From the NCBI GenBank assembly GCA_038321985.1, contig JBBQFN010000004.1, positions 64,001-128,000 on the forward strand: DNA of 64,000 nt, written 5' to 3'. The notes beneath the pieces are model-generated. The model worked only from the letters and a program-made list of their open reading frames with translations, searched no databases and had not been told where the DNA came from. A program made the translations under genes and the position numbers. Origin of the DNA: Cyanophyceae cyanobacterium (GTDB lineage Bacteria > Cyanobacteriota > Cyanobacteriia > Cyanobacteriales > Laspinemataceae). Shown one piece after another: positions 9,225 to 22,146 of the stretch (positions within the stretch are counted from its first letter, which is position 1; every line of letters starts with the position of its first letter).

Positions 9225-9295
9225 ATCTAACTTTTCTCAAGGGGAGATAAATCTAACTAAACCTATCTCCCCTTAAAAATTGCATTTCCTCAAGA

Positions 9296-12553
<3,258 letters not shown>

Positions 12554-13006
12554 TCAAAAGCTCCCAATAGAATTATCATTTTGTGGCATCAATGGGTTTA
12601 GATGCCGGTTTAAACTGCCACGCTGAGTCAGGATGAAGGATTGATGTCGATAAGGATGTCCTTAATTTTGGATTCCTCCCGAAGCCTTTCCCATGTCCTT
12701 TAACCCACTATCGGGGGTTTACTTTGACATAGTTTTTAGCTTAAAACGATTCGGTATCACCCCCTCTTATGTTAAGAATTATGTAGAATTTTGACCCAGC
12801 GCCTATCGTGCCATCATATTGGATCGCGGCACCTAACTGAGAAAAAAGATAAGTTTTGTTACGTTCTGAATTGTAAACTATAAATTGGTAATTTCAAACC
12901 TGTGATTTGCATCAGATGAAGGGGACTTGGCGATCGCCTTCGTCCCTATTCTGATTCTGTTTGTGTCTTGTTTTCCTGTCCATCATCCATCCACAATCTT
13001 GCTATT

Positions 13007-14227
13007 ATGCCGAACTCTGAACAGATTACTGCTGCGGTTAGACAACTTTATGATACTTACCCGTTTCCCCCAGAAGCCCTCCTCGATGAACCGCCTCCGG
13101 GGTACAATTGGCGCTGGACTTGGCCTGCTGCTTATGCCTTCTGCACCGGGCGCAAACCGGCAACTCAGGCGGTGAGGATTTTGGATGCGGGATGCGGGAC
13201 GGGTGTGGGAACGGAGTATTTGGTGCATCTGAACCCGGAAGCGCAGATTACGGGGATTGATTTAAGTGGGGGGGCCTTAGATGTGGCGCGCGATCGCTGT
13301 CGTCGGTCTGGGGCCTCTCGGGTTGAGTTCCATCATCTCAGTATTTATGATGTGGGGCAACTGGAAGGGGAATTTGACCATATTAATTGTGTGGGGGTGT
13401 TGCATCACCTCCCGGATCCTATTCGCGGGATTCAGGCATTAGCGACAAAGTTGGCCCCTGGGGGGATTATGCATATTTTTGTGTATGCGGAGTTAGGACG
13501 CTGGGAAATTCAACTGATGCAACAGGCGATCGCCCTCCTGCAAGGGGACAAATCCGGAGACTATCAAGAAGGCGTAAAAATTGGGCGGAAAGTGTTTGCA
13601 GCCTTACCGGAAAATAACCGTTTAGTCAAGCGAGAAAAAGAACGGTGGGCGATGGAAAATCATCGGGATGCCAATTTTGCCGATATGTATCTGCATCCGC
13701 AAGAAATTGACTATAACATTGATACATTGTTTGAGTTGATTGATGCCTCGGGGTTAGAGTTTTTAGGGTTTTCCAATCCAGATTATTGGAATAGCGAACG
13801 GTTGTTGGGACAGGATTCAGAGTTGATGGGAGAGGCGCAAAATTTAGGCGATCGGGCCCGATATCGACTCATTGAACTCCTTGATCCAGAAATCACCCAT
13901 TATGAGTTTTTCCTAGCCCGTCCTCCCCTGGTTAAAATGGATTGGGGAAATGATGAAGCCTTGTTATCCGCCATTCCCGAAGTGAGCCTCTGCCTCCAAG
14001 GATGGCCCTCACAACACTTATTTGATTACAACTATCAACTCGTCACCTTATCCGATGATGAGTTTGAGTTTATGAAAGGCTGTGATTCCAATTCCCAGGA
14101 AGGGGAGAAGATGAAAACCGTGGGAGAGATTTTAGCAGGAGTGAACTTGGATTTAGAGGGAGTCAGAAGTTTACAAAAACGGCAATTGATTTTACTGAGT
14201 CCCGCAGCGTCAAGCCTAGGGCTATAG
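13007..14227 (+). CDS. Conserved cyanobacterial class I SAM-dependent methyltransferase
   Basis: ILDAGCGTG and CVGVLHH motifs, divergent from apcE. ATG at 13007. Confidence 0.9.
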   Translation: MPNSEQITAAVRQLYDTYPFPPEALLDEPPPGYNWRWTWPAAYAFCTGRKPATQAVRILDAGCGTGVGTEYLVHLNPEAQITGIDLSGGALDVARDRCRRSGASRVEFHHLSIYDVGQLEGEFDHINCVGVLHHLPDPIRGIQALATKLAPGGIMHIFVYAELGRWEIQLMQQAIALLQGDKSGDYQEGVKIGRKVFAALPENNRLVKREKERWAMENHRDANFADMYLHPQEIDYNIDTLFELIDASGLEFLGFSNPDYWNSERLLGQDSELMGEAQNLGDRARYRLIELLDPEITHYEFFLARPPLVKMDWGNDEALLSAIPEVSLCLQGWPSQHLFDYNYQLVTLSDDEFEFMKGCDSNSQEGEKMKTVGEILAGVNLDLEGVRSLQKRQLILLSPAASSLGL

Positions 14228-14275
14228 GAACAAAGCCCGTGCTTCGACAAGCTCAGCAGAGCCCTGCGCGGGCTA

Positions 14276-14321
14276 CTCCGGTCCCCTCTCCTTGGCAAGG
14301 AGAGGGTTAGGGTGAGGTTCT
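14276..14321 (+). repeat. REP-like palindromic repeat
   Basis: CTCCGGTCCCCTCTCCTTGGCAAGGAGAGGGTTAGGGTGAGGTTCT. Same family as the copies at 28406-28455 and 28605-28654. Confidence 0.85.
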
Positions 14322-14481
14322 TCCCAATCCCCCACCGAGCCCCGCAGCGTCAAGATAAGCCCACCCTACAATTGCTAGTGCGATCGCGCAAAACAACAAT
14401 CAATCAGAAACATGGCAGTTTGACCGTATCCCATCACCGAATCGCTATAATCAAACCGTCCCCTAGTTTCTGGTCGATACT

Positions 14482-15135
14482 ATGCAACTTCAACCTCAAA
14501 TCTATCCGCCCTTGGAAAATGGCGATCGCCTTAGCTACCGAGAATTTGAGCGCCGTTACACCGCCATGCCTACTGATCAGAAAGCTGAATTAATTGAAGG
14601 AGTCGTATATATGGCATCACCCCTGCGGTTTACCACCCATGCCAAACCCCACGCCGATTTAATCGGATTGCTTTGGACTTATAAAATGGCAACCCCAGGG
14701 ACAGAAATCGGTATTGAACCCACCCTTCGCCTCGACTCAGACAACGAATTTCAACCTGATGGAGTGTTGTTGATTCCAGGGGGGAGTTCTCAACTCACCT
14801 CAGAAGGCTACATCCAAGGCGCACCGGAACTGGTGGTGGAAATTGCAGCCAGTAGCGCGGCGATCGATTTAGGGGATAAAAAACGGGTGTATCGGCGCAA
14901 TGGAGTGCAAGAATATTTAGTTTGGCAAATCTTCGACCAGAGACTGGATTGGTTTTATCTGGAAGAGGGCATTTATCAGTCTCTTTCTCCCAATGAACAG
15001 GGGATTTTGTGCAGTCGAGTGTTTCCCGGTTTATGGTTAAACGGAACACAATTGTTACAAAATAATCTCGCCGCCGTTTTGGAAACCCTACAAGCGGGAT
15101 TGGCATCCCCAGAACATCAAGCCTTTATCAGTTAA
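14482..15135 (+). CDS. Uma2/DUF820 family endonuclease-like protein
   Basis: PPLENGDRL, KAELIEGVVYM, QPDG, PELVVEIAASS and YRRNGVQEYLVW motifs. Confidence 0.93.
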   Translation: MQLQPQIYPPLENGDRLSYREFERRYTAMPTDQKAELIEGVVYMASPLRFTTHAKPHADLIGLLWTYKMATPGTEIGIEPTLRLDSDNEFQPDGVLLIPGGSSQLTSEGYIQGAPELVVEIAASSAAIDLGDKKRVYRRNGVQEYLVWQIFDQRLDWFYLEEGIYQSLSPNEQGILCSRVFPGLWLNGTQLLQNNLAAVLETLQAGLASPEHQAFIS

Positions 15136-15388
15136 GACCTCCCCACCGTCCCCGCATCCACAGACAATAAATCACTGTCAGCAACAACCATCCCGATACA
15201 CAGCCGAAACCAGCGGACATCACTGGAACAGTTGGCATCGACTGCACCTGAACCTCAAGAAATTGATTAATCTGAGGTTCCACGAAATTACCATAAGCGT
15301 TTTCTAAAGCTTCCCGTTGTTTCACTTTATCTTGTAGAGCATTTTCTAAAGCTTCCCGTTGTTTCACTTTATCTTGTAGCTCGTCCAT
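15128..15388 (-). CDS. Small hypothetical protein with a duplicated coiled-coil segment and C-terminal hydrophobic helix
   Basis: GAGG RBS upstream, 42-bp tandem duplication (LQDKVKQREALENA twice), divergent from the NACHT gene. Confidence 0.55.
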   Translation of the reverse strand: MDELQDKVKQREALENALQDKVKQREALENAYGNFVEPQINQFLEVQVQSMPTVPVMSAGFGCVSGWLLLTVIYCLWMRGRWGGLN

Positions 15389-15554
15389 CACTCACCTCAT
15401 TTGTGTCTCTGAGGTCAGTGTTTTTTTGGGCTACTGCCCAAGCAAACCCACAGGTAAAATCGTGAAATCCTTGCTACAATTGCTTTACCTGGTTTGGGCA
15501 ACCCTCCCGTTTGGGCAAGTTTCCCCAAACCAGCATTTTCTATCGAGGGTCGTC

Positions 15555-18500
15555 ATGGTGGGAAAATCGGGTCAGCCCTTCAAAAAAAGCCGCAAGTATG
15601 GAGAAAGCGCAGACGACTTGCAAGACCGTCTGGACTTCGTAGCGGCGTTGTTGGCCCTGGCGGATGAGGAGATCCCGATTCCCCCAGACTCACTCAAGGC
15701 ACAGTTCCAACTGGAGTGGGTGAAAGCAGACGAGTTGAGAGTGTCTGGCATCGAGCAAAAACAGCGCAATGGACAAATTAAGTGGATAGAAAAGGGGATT
15801 ACTCAGGATGATTTAGGCGTTTTGTTAGAAACCTATCGCCAAGGGAAAATCTTGGAAGCAGCCCGAAAGGAAATTATCCAAAATGCGCTGTCTTGCCTCC
15901 GAGATTTGGGGATTCTTCAAGAACATCTCTCAACCAAAAACCTAGGATATTGGAAGTTTTCTCTGTGCCTCAAGCATCAAACGGCCAAGAAAGAAGACAA
16001 TTTACAGGTCATTAAAGATAAATGGAAAGAAGCGTTTGGCAAACTTCCTGAACCCAAGCATTCTCCCCCACTCACAGCAACCCTACAACGCTGCATCTTA
16101 GGACTGAAGGGCAACTATCAAGAAGCGCAACAGAAACTCCCGGAAATTACCCAAACGCTGCAAAAACTTCTCAACGATAAAACCCTCTCTATTTCCAAGG
16201 TTGAGGAAGGGAGTATTATTCTGATTGTGCAAAGTTCCCAAACCGGGTATGAGCAATTTAAAATCCTGATTGGGCAAGAGATTGCGGGGTTTCCGGTAGA
16301 ATATGCCCTTGATGAATGGCAAGATATTTGCCGTCGGATGTTACTTGACCGGAAACGCTTAAGCAGTAATACGGTTTTAGGTCAGGTTTATGGCGATCGC
16401 AACTTAATCGATGATGATTTATTTGTTAATTTAGCCCTCGTGAAACCGAAACGCAATCACAACGAAAAACACCCCCAAGATATTGACCCGGAAAAGGGTT
16501 CAGACTTGTTCACCCGTCAGGAAGAAACCATCGAGAAACGCTTTGATTATCGTGAGTTTCTCCAAGAAGTCATTCGTAACCGCACCGAGAAACAGATGGC
16601 TATTATTGGCGAACCGGGGGCAGGAAAAACCACCTTACTCCAGAAATTAGCCTTTTGGTTATTACAGGAAACCGATGATTTAGTGATTTGGGTATCCTTG
16701 GCCGAATTGGGCAGTCAAGCCCTGGGAGAGTATTTAGAGCAAAAATGGCTCACAGAGGCATTGGGGCTATCCAGAGAGGAAATTAAGGCAGACTGGGAGC
16801 AGAAATTTAAAGGGGGTGCAGTCTGGTTGCTGTTGGATGGCTTGGATGAGATGAGCCAGAGTGACCAACAGGCATTAAATTTCCGGGGTTGGGTGATGAA
16901 TGCTCCGATGATTATCACCTGTCGCTTGAATTTGTGGCAAGCTAACCCCAGCCAGTTACAGGGGTTTCAAACCTATCTCACTCAACCGTTTCAGGATGAA
17001 CAAGTGCAGGAGTTTATCCGGAGGTGGTTTCCGGTGGAAGCTGATGCGGAGTCGTTGTGGTCACAGTTGCAGGCAGCGGGGAAGGAACGGATTAAGGATT
17101 TATGCCGCAATCCCCTGCGGTTAACGTTGTTATGTGTGACTTGGAAGGTGGAGGATGCGCTACCGGAAACCACGTCGGCGTTGTATGCGGAGTTTGTCGA
17201 GGCGATGTATGCCTGGAAGGAAGACAAGTTTGAGGTCACGGAGGAGGACAAGGAACGTTTAAATGCAGCTTTGGGCATATTGGCGAAGGCATCCCTAGAG
17301 GCGGAAACGGGTCGCTTTCGGTTAAACCATCGGTTGGTATGTGAACATTTAGGAACACCCAAGGCAAAGGGCTCTTTGTGTTCTTTGGCGTTAAGGTTAG
17401 GTTGGTTAAATGAGGTGGGGGTAGCGGCGGAAAATCCCCGCGAAAAGGTGTATGGGTTTTATCATGCGACGTTTCAGGAGTATTTCGCGGCGTTGGCGGT
17501 GGAGGATTGGGATTATTGGATGCCTCGGAATCATGGAGATAGTCCCGTGGAGGGGAAGCGGTATCGGATTTTTGAACCGCAGTGGAAGCAGGTGATTTTG
17601 TTGTGGTTGGGGCGTGATGTTGCTCACGATAATAAACAAGCTTTTATTCGGGCGTTGGTTGAGTTTAATGATGGTGTCAAAGCTTTTTATAAATATCACG
17701 CCTATTTTCTAGCGGCTGCGGCAATTAATGAATTTAAGGCTTGTTCCCTGGCAGATGAGATTGTGCGGCAGGTGGTGAGGTGGGGATTTGGGGAGTTCGA
17801 TATTCAAAAGCAAAAATGGAAAACTTTTTTAGACCCCATCGCAAAAGGTGCGAGAAATGTTCTAGGTGAAACAATTAGGCAAAAGGCGATCGCCGCCTTA
17901 GTGGAAATCTTACGGGATGCTGGTGCTAATCATGACACCCGTAGGCAAGCAGCCGAGAGTTTAGGGGAAATCGCCCCAGGGAACCAGCAGGCGATCGCCG
18001 CTTTAGTGGAAATCTTACGGGATGCTGATGCTGATGATTCCACCCGTAGTCTAGCAGCCAAGAGTTTATGGAAAATCGCCCCAGGGAACCAGCAGGCGAT
18101 CTCCGCCTTAGTGGAAATCTTACGAGATGCTGGTGCTGATGATTCCACCCGTAGGGAAGTAGCCTTTAGTTTAGGGAACATCGCCCCACGAAACCAGCAG
18201 GCGATCGCCGCCTTAGTGGAAATCTTACGGGATGCTGGTGCTAATGATTCCACCCGTAGGGAAGCAGCCGAGAATTTAGGAAAAATCGCCCCTGGTAACC
18301 CGCAGGCGATTACCGCCTTAGAGGAAATCTTACGGGATGCTGGCGCTGATGATTCCACCCGTTGTCTAGCAGCCAAGAGTTTAGGGAAAATCCTCACCAC
18401 GCGCAAGCAATATGCAGGGGTTGTTTCCGCTTTAAAAGACTGCCTCAGTGATGAAGTTTATCAAAACAACTTTAAACGATTTGATGAATGCTACAAACTC

Positions 18501-19025
18501 ATTTGGAACTGTGGTGAAAACCTCTCCTATCCCGACTTTTACCAAGCCTGGCACAATCCCCCCACCACCCCCCATCCCGAAGTCACGGAACAAACCCCCC
18601 ATAAGGGTGAACCCTCTTTCGCCCCCATCAACCTCGCCCAAACCCTACAAAACCAGCCCATCCTGATCCTCAACGCCCAACCCCTCGCCAACGAAACCCG
18701 GGAAGGGGAAATCGCCCTCACCCTGTGCAGACTGATTTGGAAACAAGTCTGTCCTCAGCAAATGTATCCCAGAGTTTCCACCCCTGCCGACCTATGTTAT
18801 GCGATGGATGAACTCAAATTCACCCTCAATCTCCCCCACCGCGCCCTCCTCCTCACAGACTGCGAACATCCCACCCCGGAACTCATCACCTTCTGTGAAA
18901 AACTCACCGGGGTCATTTCCGTTGCCTTCCTCACCGAGGGACCCCTAGACGCGCCGTTAAAAGGGTTTCCGCCTAATCAACCCAATCTGTTATCTGCCAT
19001 TGAAACCTGGTTAAAGGAGATTTAA
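15555..19025 (+). CDS. STAND NTPase: putative N-terminal wHTH, NACHT domain, HEAT repeats and C-terminal domain
   Basis: Walker A GEPGAGKTT, Walker B LLLDGLDE, NPLRL, FYHATFQEYFAA and five 35-aa HEAT repeats. ATG 15555 preferred. Confidence 0.9.
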   Translation: MVGKSGQPFKKSRKYGESADDLQDRLDFVAALLALADEEIPIPPDSLKAQFQLEWVKADELRVSGIEQKQRNGQIKWIEKGITQDDLGVLLETYRQGKILEAARKEIIQNALSCLRDLGILQEHLSTKNLGYWKFSLCLKHQTAKKEDNLQVIKDKWKEAFGKLPEPKHSPPLTATLQRCILGLKGNYQEAQQKLPEITQTLQKLLNDKTLSISKVEEGSIILIVQSSQTGYEQFKILIGQEIAGFPVEYALDEWQDICRRMLLDRKRLSSNTVLGQVYGDRNLIDDDLFVNLALVKPKRNHNEKHPQDIDPEKGSDLFTRQEETIEKRFDYREFLQEVIRNRTEKQMAIIGEPGAGKTTLLQKLAFWLLQETDDLVIWVSLAELGSQALGEYLEQKWLTEALGLSREEIKADWEQKFKGGAVWLLLDGLDEMSQSDQQALNFRGWVMNAPMIITCRLNLWQANPSQLQGFQTYLTQPFQDEQVQEFIRRWFPVEADAESLWSQLQAAGKERIKDLCRNPLRLTLLCVTWKVEDALPETTSALYAEFVEAMYAWKEDKFEVTEEDKERLNAALGILAKASLEAETGRFRLNHRLVCEHLGTPKAKGSLCSLALRLGWLNEVGVAAENPREKVYGFYHATFQEYFAALAVEDWDYWMPRNHGDSPVEGKRYRIFEPQWKQVILLWLGRDVAHDNKQAFIRALVEFNDGVKAFYKYHAYFLAAAAINEFKACSLADEIVRQVVRWGFGEFDIQKQKWKTFLDPIAKGARNVLGETIRQKAIAALVEILRDAGANHDTRRQAAESLGEIAPGNQQAIAALVEILRDADADDSTRSLAAKSLWKIAPGNQQAISALVEILRDAGADDSTRREVAFSLGNIAPRNQQAIAALVEILRDAGANDSTRREAAENLGKIAPGNPQAITALEEILRDAGADDSTRCLAAKSLGKILTTRKQYAGVVSALKDCLSDEVYQNNFKRFDECYKLIWNCGENLSYPDFYQAWHNPPTTPHPEVTEQTPHKGEPSFAPINLAQTLQNQPILILNAQPLANETREGEIALTLCRLIWKQVCPQQMYPRVSTPADLCYAMDELKFTLNLPHRALLLTDCEHPTPELITFCEKLTGVISVAFLTEGPLDAPLKGFPPNQPNLLSAIETWLKEI
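17886..18392 (+). repeat. Five near-identical 105-bp tandem repeats encoding HEAT units
   Basis: Units start at 17886, 17991, 18096, 18201 and 18306. Confidence 0.92.
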
Positions 19026-19291
19026 GTAACTGGGGTTCTCCCTGAAACTTGAGATAAAATGGGAATTGACCTTAAAACCTGATTTTGGGTAGCGAAGCTG
19101 ACTCAACTCTTATGAATATCCTAGCTCAAGAAATTCTCAAAAACTTTGATGATTTGCCGACTACCGAACAACAGGCGATCTCAGCAACCCCGCCTTACAA
19201 GTCTACACGACCCTGAAGAAAGCAGGTTGGCCAATTCCGACGGTAAACCCCGTACCATTTCTTCCAACCCAAATCCGTTAATCAATCCTCA

Positions 19292-19921
19292 TCATTCATC
19301 CCTTAATTGCTCATCGTTATTGGGAAATTCCACATCTTCATAAAGCAGAGAAATCGGAAAGCGAAAGTCAACACTGATCAGGTTTATTTCTATTTCTGCG
19401 GGTGCAGTATTTATTTCGTCCAATGAGTAAGATGTGAGTTCCCATTTTCCCCGTTCATTGAGACAATAATAATCAACACTGATTTTTTCAGCACTAATGA
19501 GGACATATTCTTGTAAAGTGGGGATGCGGCGATAATGTTTAAATTTATCCCCTCGGTCAAAGGCTTCTGTACCTGGAGAAAGAACTTCTACTAATAGGCA
19601 AGGAGAGTAAACAATTTGTAGAGCATTTAGGTCCTGAGAATCGCAAGTTACCATGACATCGGGATAGTGAAATGGACCATTTTTAGAAACTCCGAGTTTC
19701 GCATCGGCCATGAAAACTTTACAGCCTTTACCCCGGAGGTGATGTTTCAAGGCAGAGGCTAAGTTAAGGGCGATCGAGTTGTGAGGGAGAGTTCCCCCCG
19801 TCATGGCAAACACTTCGCCGTTGATATATTCGTATTTAATCGGCTGTTGTTCTTCCCATTCCAAATACTCTTGGGGAGTCATTCGCGAAAAATGGTGATT
19901 TGCTATCATGGCTGTCCTCAA
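19292..19921 (-). CDS. Uma2/DUF820 family endonuclease-like protein
   Basis: YEYINGEVFAMTGGT..H, YPDVMVTCD and VEVLSPGTEAFDRGDKF motifs. Confidence 0.93.
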   Translation of the reverse strand: MRTAMIANHHFSRMTPQEYLEWEEQQPIKYEYINGEVFAMTGGTLPHNSIALNLASALKHHLRGKGCKVFMADAKLGVSKNGPFHYPDVMVTCDSQDLNALQIVYSPCLLVEVLSPGTEAFDRGDKFKHYRRIPTLQEYVLISAEKISVDYYCLNERGKWELTSYSLDEINTAPAEIEINLISVDFRFPISLLYEDVEFPNNDEQLRDE

Positions 19922-19987
19922 TTCTTTCTGGTAATTTTATTTTCTATTATTTTAAAATTCTCTTATTATATATAATATAAATATTAC

Positions 19988-20545
19988 TCACATCAAATGA
20001 TTAAAATGCAAATAATTTGGAGAAGTAATCTTTAGCATCTGTTCTGGAAAATTGTGAATACCCTGCTGCTTTGACTTGTTCCGAGTGGGCTTTTTAGGAA
20101 TACTGATGTCCCGAATACTGACAAAGCGATACTCGTAATTAGACAAAAAATCGGGTTGATTCCAAAATTGTTGACCAATTTCTCGACAGTATGCTACGAA
20201 GCACAGCGCTCCTTTAAGCTGGTTAATAATATTGGCTTGTGTGCCTCCTTTTCCCGCTTTCATTTCAATACAGAGTATTACTTTAATTTTTTCCGTGTCG
20301 GCAATGATAACAAAATCAGCTCGTTTACATTCTCCATGTTCGCCTTTAAACACGGTGTTAGGTGAAGTAAAAGCATCAGCTTTGATGATAATCACTTCAT
20401 CCTCATTCGGCATTCCATAAAGGGTTACCGAATAGTTGGCTGGTGCAGGTTCTGCTAGGGTGACTTGCTTTTTGTGATGGCGCTCCTCCAAGGGTACTTT
20501 AACGTCATCGTTGAGCATCTCTTTGAGGATAGCAATATCACCCAT
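19988..20545 (-). CDS. Putative PD-(D/E)XK nuclease, partner of the upstream ATPase
   Basis: KRADFVII...CIEMK...NQLKG pattern. Start overlaps the ATPase stop (TAATG). Confidence 0.7.
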   Translation of the reverse strand: MGDIAILKEMLNDDVKVPLEERHHKKQVTLAEPAPANYSVTLYGMPNEDEVIIIKADAFTSPNTVFKGEHGECKRADFVIIADTEKIKVILCIEMKAGKGGTQANIINQLKGALCFVAYCREIGQQFWNQPDFLSNYEYRFVSIRDISIPKKPTRNKSKQQGIHNFPEQMLKITSPNYLHFNHLM

Positions 20546-21945
20546 TATTCCCCACCCCAGACGATCGCTTCCTGAATCCGGTTCATAGTTTCAATAGTGG
20601 TATCAAAACTACGAGCTTCAATCCCCATTTCTGGATCAATATCTGCTGAGGTGAGAGTGTGGCATTTTGTTTTTCTGCTTTTTCCCGTTTTTCCCTCTAC
20701 TGTTCTAGATGTCTCTTCGGCGATATAAACTTTAATTTTTTTAGCCGAAATGAGTTCTTCTTGATGATACCCTTCTTTTTCAGCTATTTGTCTGAGATAT
20801 GGTTTATCATGGTTCAACATAATTAAGGTATTCAGTTCTTTGATAAGATAATCGCTATGGGTGGTGATAAAAATTTTAATCCCTAAATTAACCAATCGGG
20901 CAAATAGTCGGGCAACCCGACGTTGATTTTCTGGATGGAGGTTTAATTCCGGTTCGTCCACCATGAGTAAGTCGCCGATTTGCGCTTCATGTCTAAGGTA
21001 AAAACCAAGGTCTAACAAAGAACGAACTGCACTAGAACTTTCTACCATAGAAAGTCTAAGTTGTTTACTTTTACCTTTTGGTAAATAACAAAGTTCATCT
21101 TTGCGGGTTACGGTGTACTCGCCTCCTATGATGTCGGCAAAATCTGCCAATACAGCCGGGTGATGTTCAGCAATAAAACTGCTTTTTGTAACCAGAGTTT
21201 CTAGTTGCCGAGTAAACTCTACATTCCTTTTAATCGGCAGGGGATAGTCCTGATAATCTTTGAGCAAAAATCTGAGAGGATCGATCTCGTTAGCACCTTG
21301 ACCCAGCTCTTCTAACAAGCGATTTCGGGCAAAATTTAACTCCTTGCGAAAAATAGCTGCACCTGTTCGCTCTGCACTTGCAATGAAAGGTCGAGGTAAA
21401 AATGGAGAAAAAATAATATCTTTTATAGAATCTGCAATAACATACTTCAGCATATCACCAGGAATTTTAATCTGGTCTTTTTCAACTAGCAAAGTTACTA
21501 CTAATTCTGTACTTTCTTTATTTTTTATTAAAGAAAATAGTTCGATATTTGCAGAGCCTGTTATTCGCTTAAACTGAGTGCTCCAAAACTCAGTGGAAAT
21601 ATCCAGACTGACCTGAAATTTTGTATCTTTAAATCGGTCAGCTTGGGATGCAAAAATCTTGGGTAATTGCTGAGTATATGCTACGCAGGACTGAGCAATA
21701 ATTCGCTTGGAATTATTAACGTATTCTTGAAGTTCAATCCGCATCACCCCCTCGGTAAGTAGTTGTTCGATCTTATCCCTGGGTATTTTTATTTCCAAAA
21801 TCTGTCGCCAAGTCAATAAAAACCCAAAGAGGGCGTAAGTGGCGTAGGTCTTACCCGTATTATTACAGCCACAAACGATTGTCAAATCACCAAGGGTAAA
21901 TTCTGCTTGTTTTAAAACTCCGAGATTTTTTACGGTAATTTTCAT
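20545..21945 (-). CDS. ABC-type ATPase (AAA_15/AAA_21, PtuA/AbiEii-like)
   Basis: GCNNTGKT Walker A, SSSAV signature, LLMVDEPELNLHP Walker B/D-loop and ITTHS H-loop. No membrane segments. Confidence 0.9.
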   Translation of the reverse strand: MKITVKNLGVLKQAEFTLGDLTIVCGCNNTGKTYATYALFGFLLTWRQILEIKIPRDKIEQLLTEGVMRIELQEYVNNSKRIIAQSCVAYTQQLPKIFASQADRFKDTKFQVSLDISTEFWSTQFKRITGSANIELFSLIKNKESTELVVTLLVEKDQIKIPGDMLKYVIADSIKDIIFSPFLPRPFIASAERTGAAIFRKELNFARNRLLEELGQGANEIDPLRFLLKDYQDYPLPIKRNVEFTRQLETLVTKSSFIAEHHPAVLADFADIIGGEYTVTRKDELCYLPKGKSKQLRLSMVESSSAVRSLLDLGFYLRHEAQIGDLLMVDEPELNLHPENQRRVARLFARLVNLGIKIFITTHSDYLIKELNTLIMLNHDKPYLRQIAEKEGYHQEELISAKKIKVYIAEETSRTVEGKTGKSRKTKCHTLTSADIDPEMGIEARSFDTTIETMNRIQEAIVWGGE

Positions 21946-22089
21946 AATTAGATTTGTTTTAAAGGGATAAATAGATGATTATTCGTATTAATCTGAACGT
22001 AAAAAAGTTGTTTTGCGCTTTTACTTACTCTACTATAACCCACTACTTTACCAGCCGATCGCCCCTCCCCCACACACCCCCACCCCCAC

Positions 22090-22118
22090 AAAAAAAACGC
22101 CTGAGCGAACTCAGACGT
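22090..22118 (-). terminator. Rho-independent terminator of the atp operon
   Basis: ACGCCTGAG-CGAA-CTCAGACGT hairpin with T tract on the minus strand, about 30 bp after the gamma stop. Confidence 0.75.
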
Positions 22119-22146
22119 ATAAAAGGGATGAATTGTCAAGCGGAAT

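Noticed and set aside
17930..18406. Antisense repetitive ORF
   Set aside because: Shadow of the HEAT repeat array.
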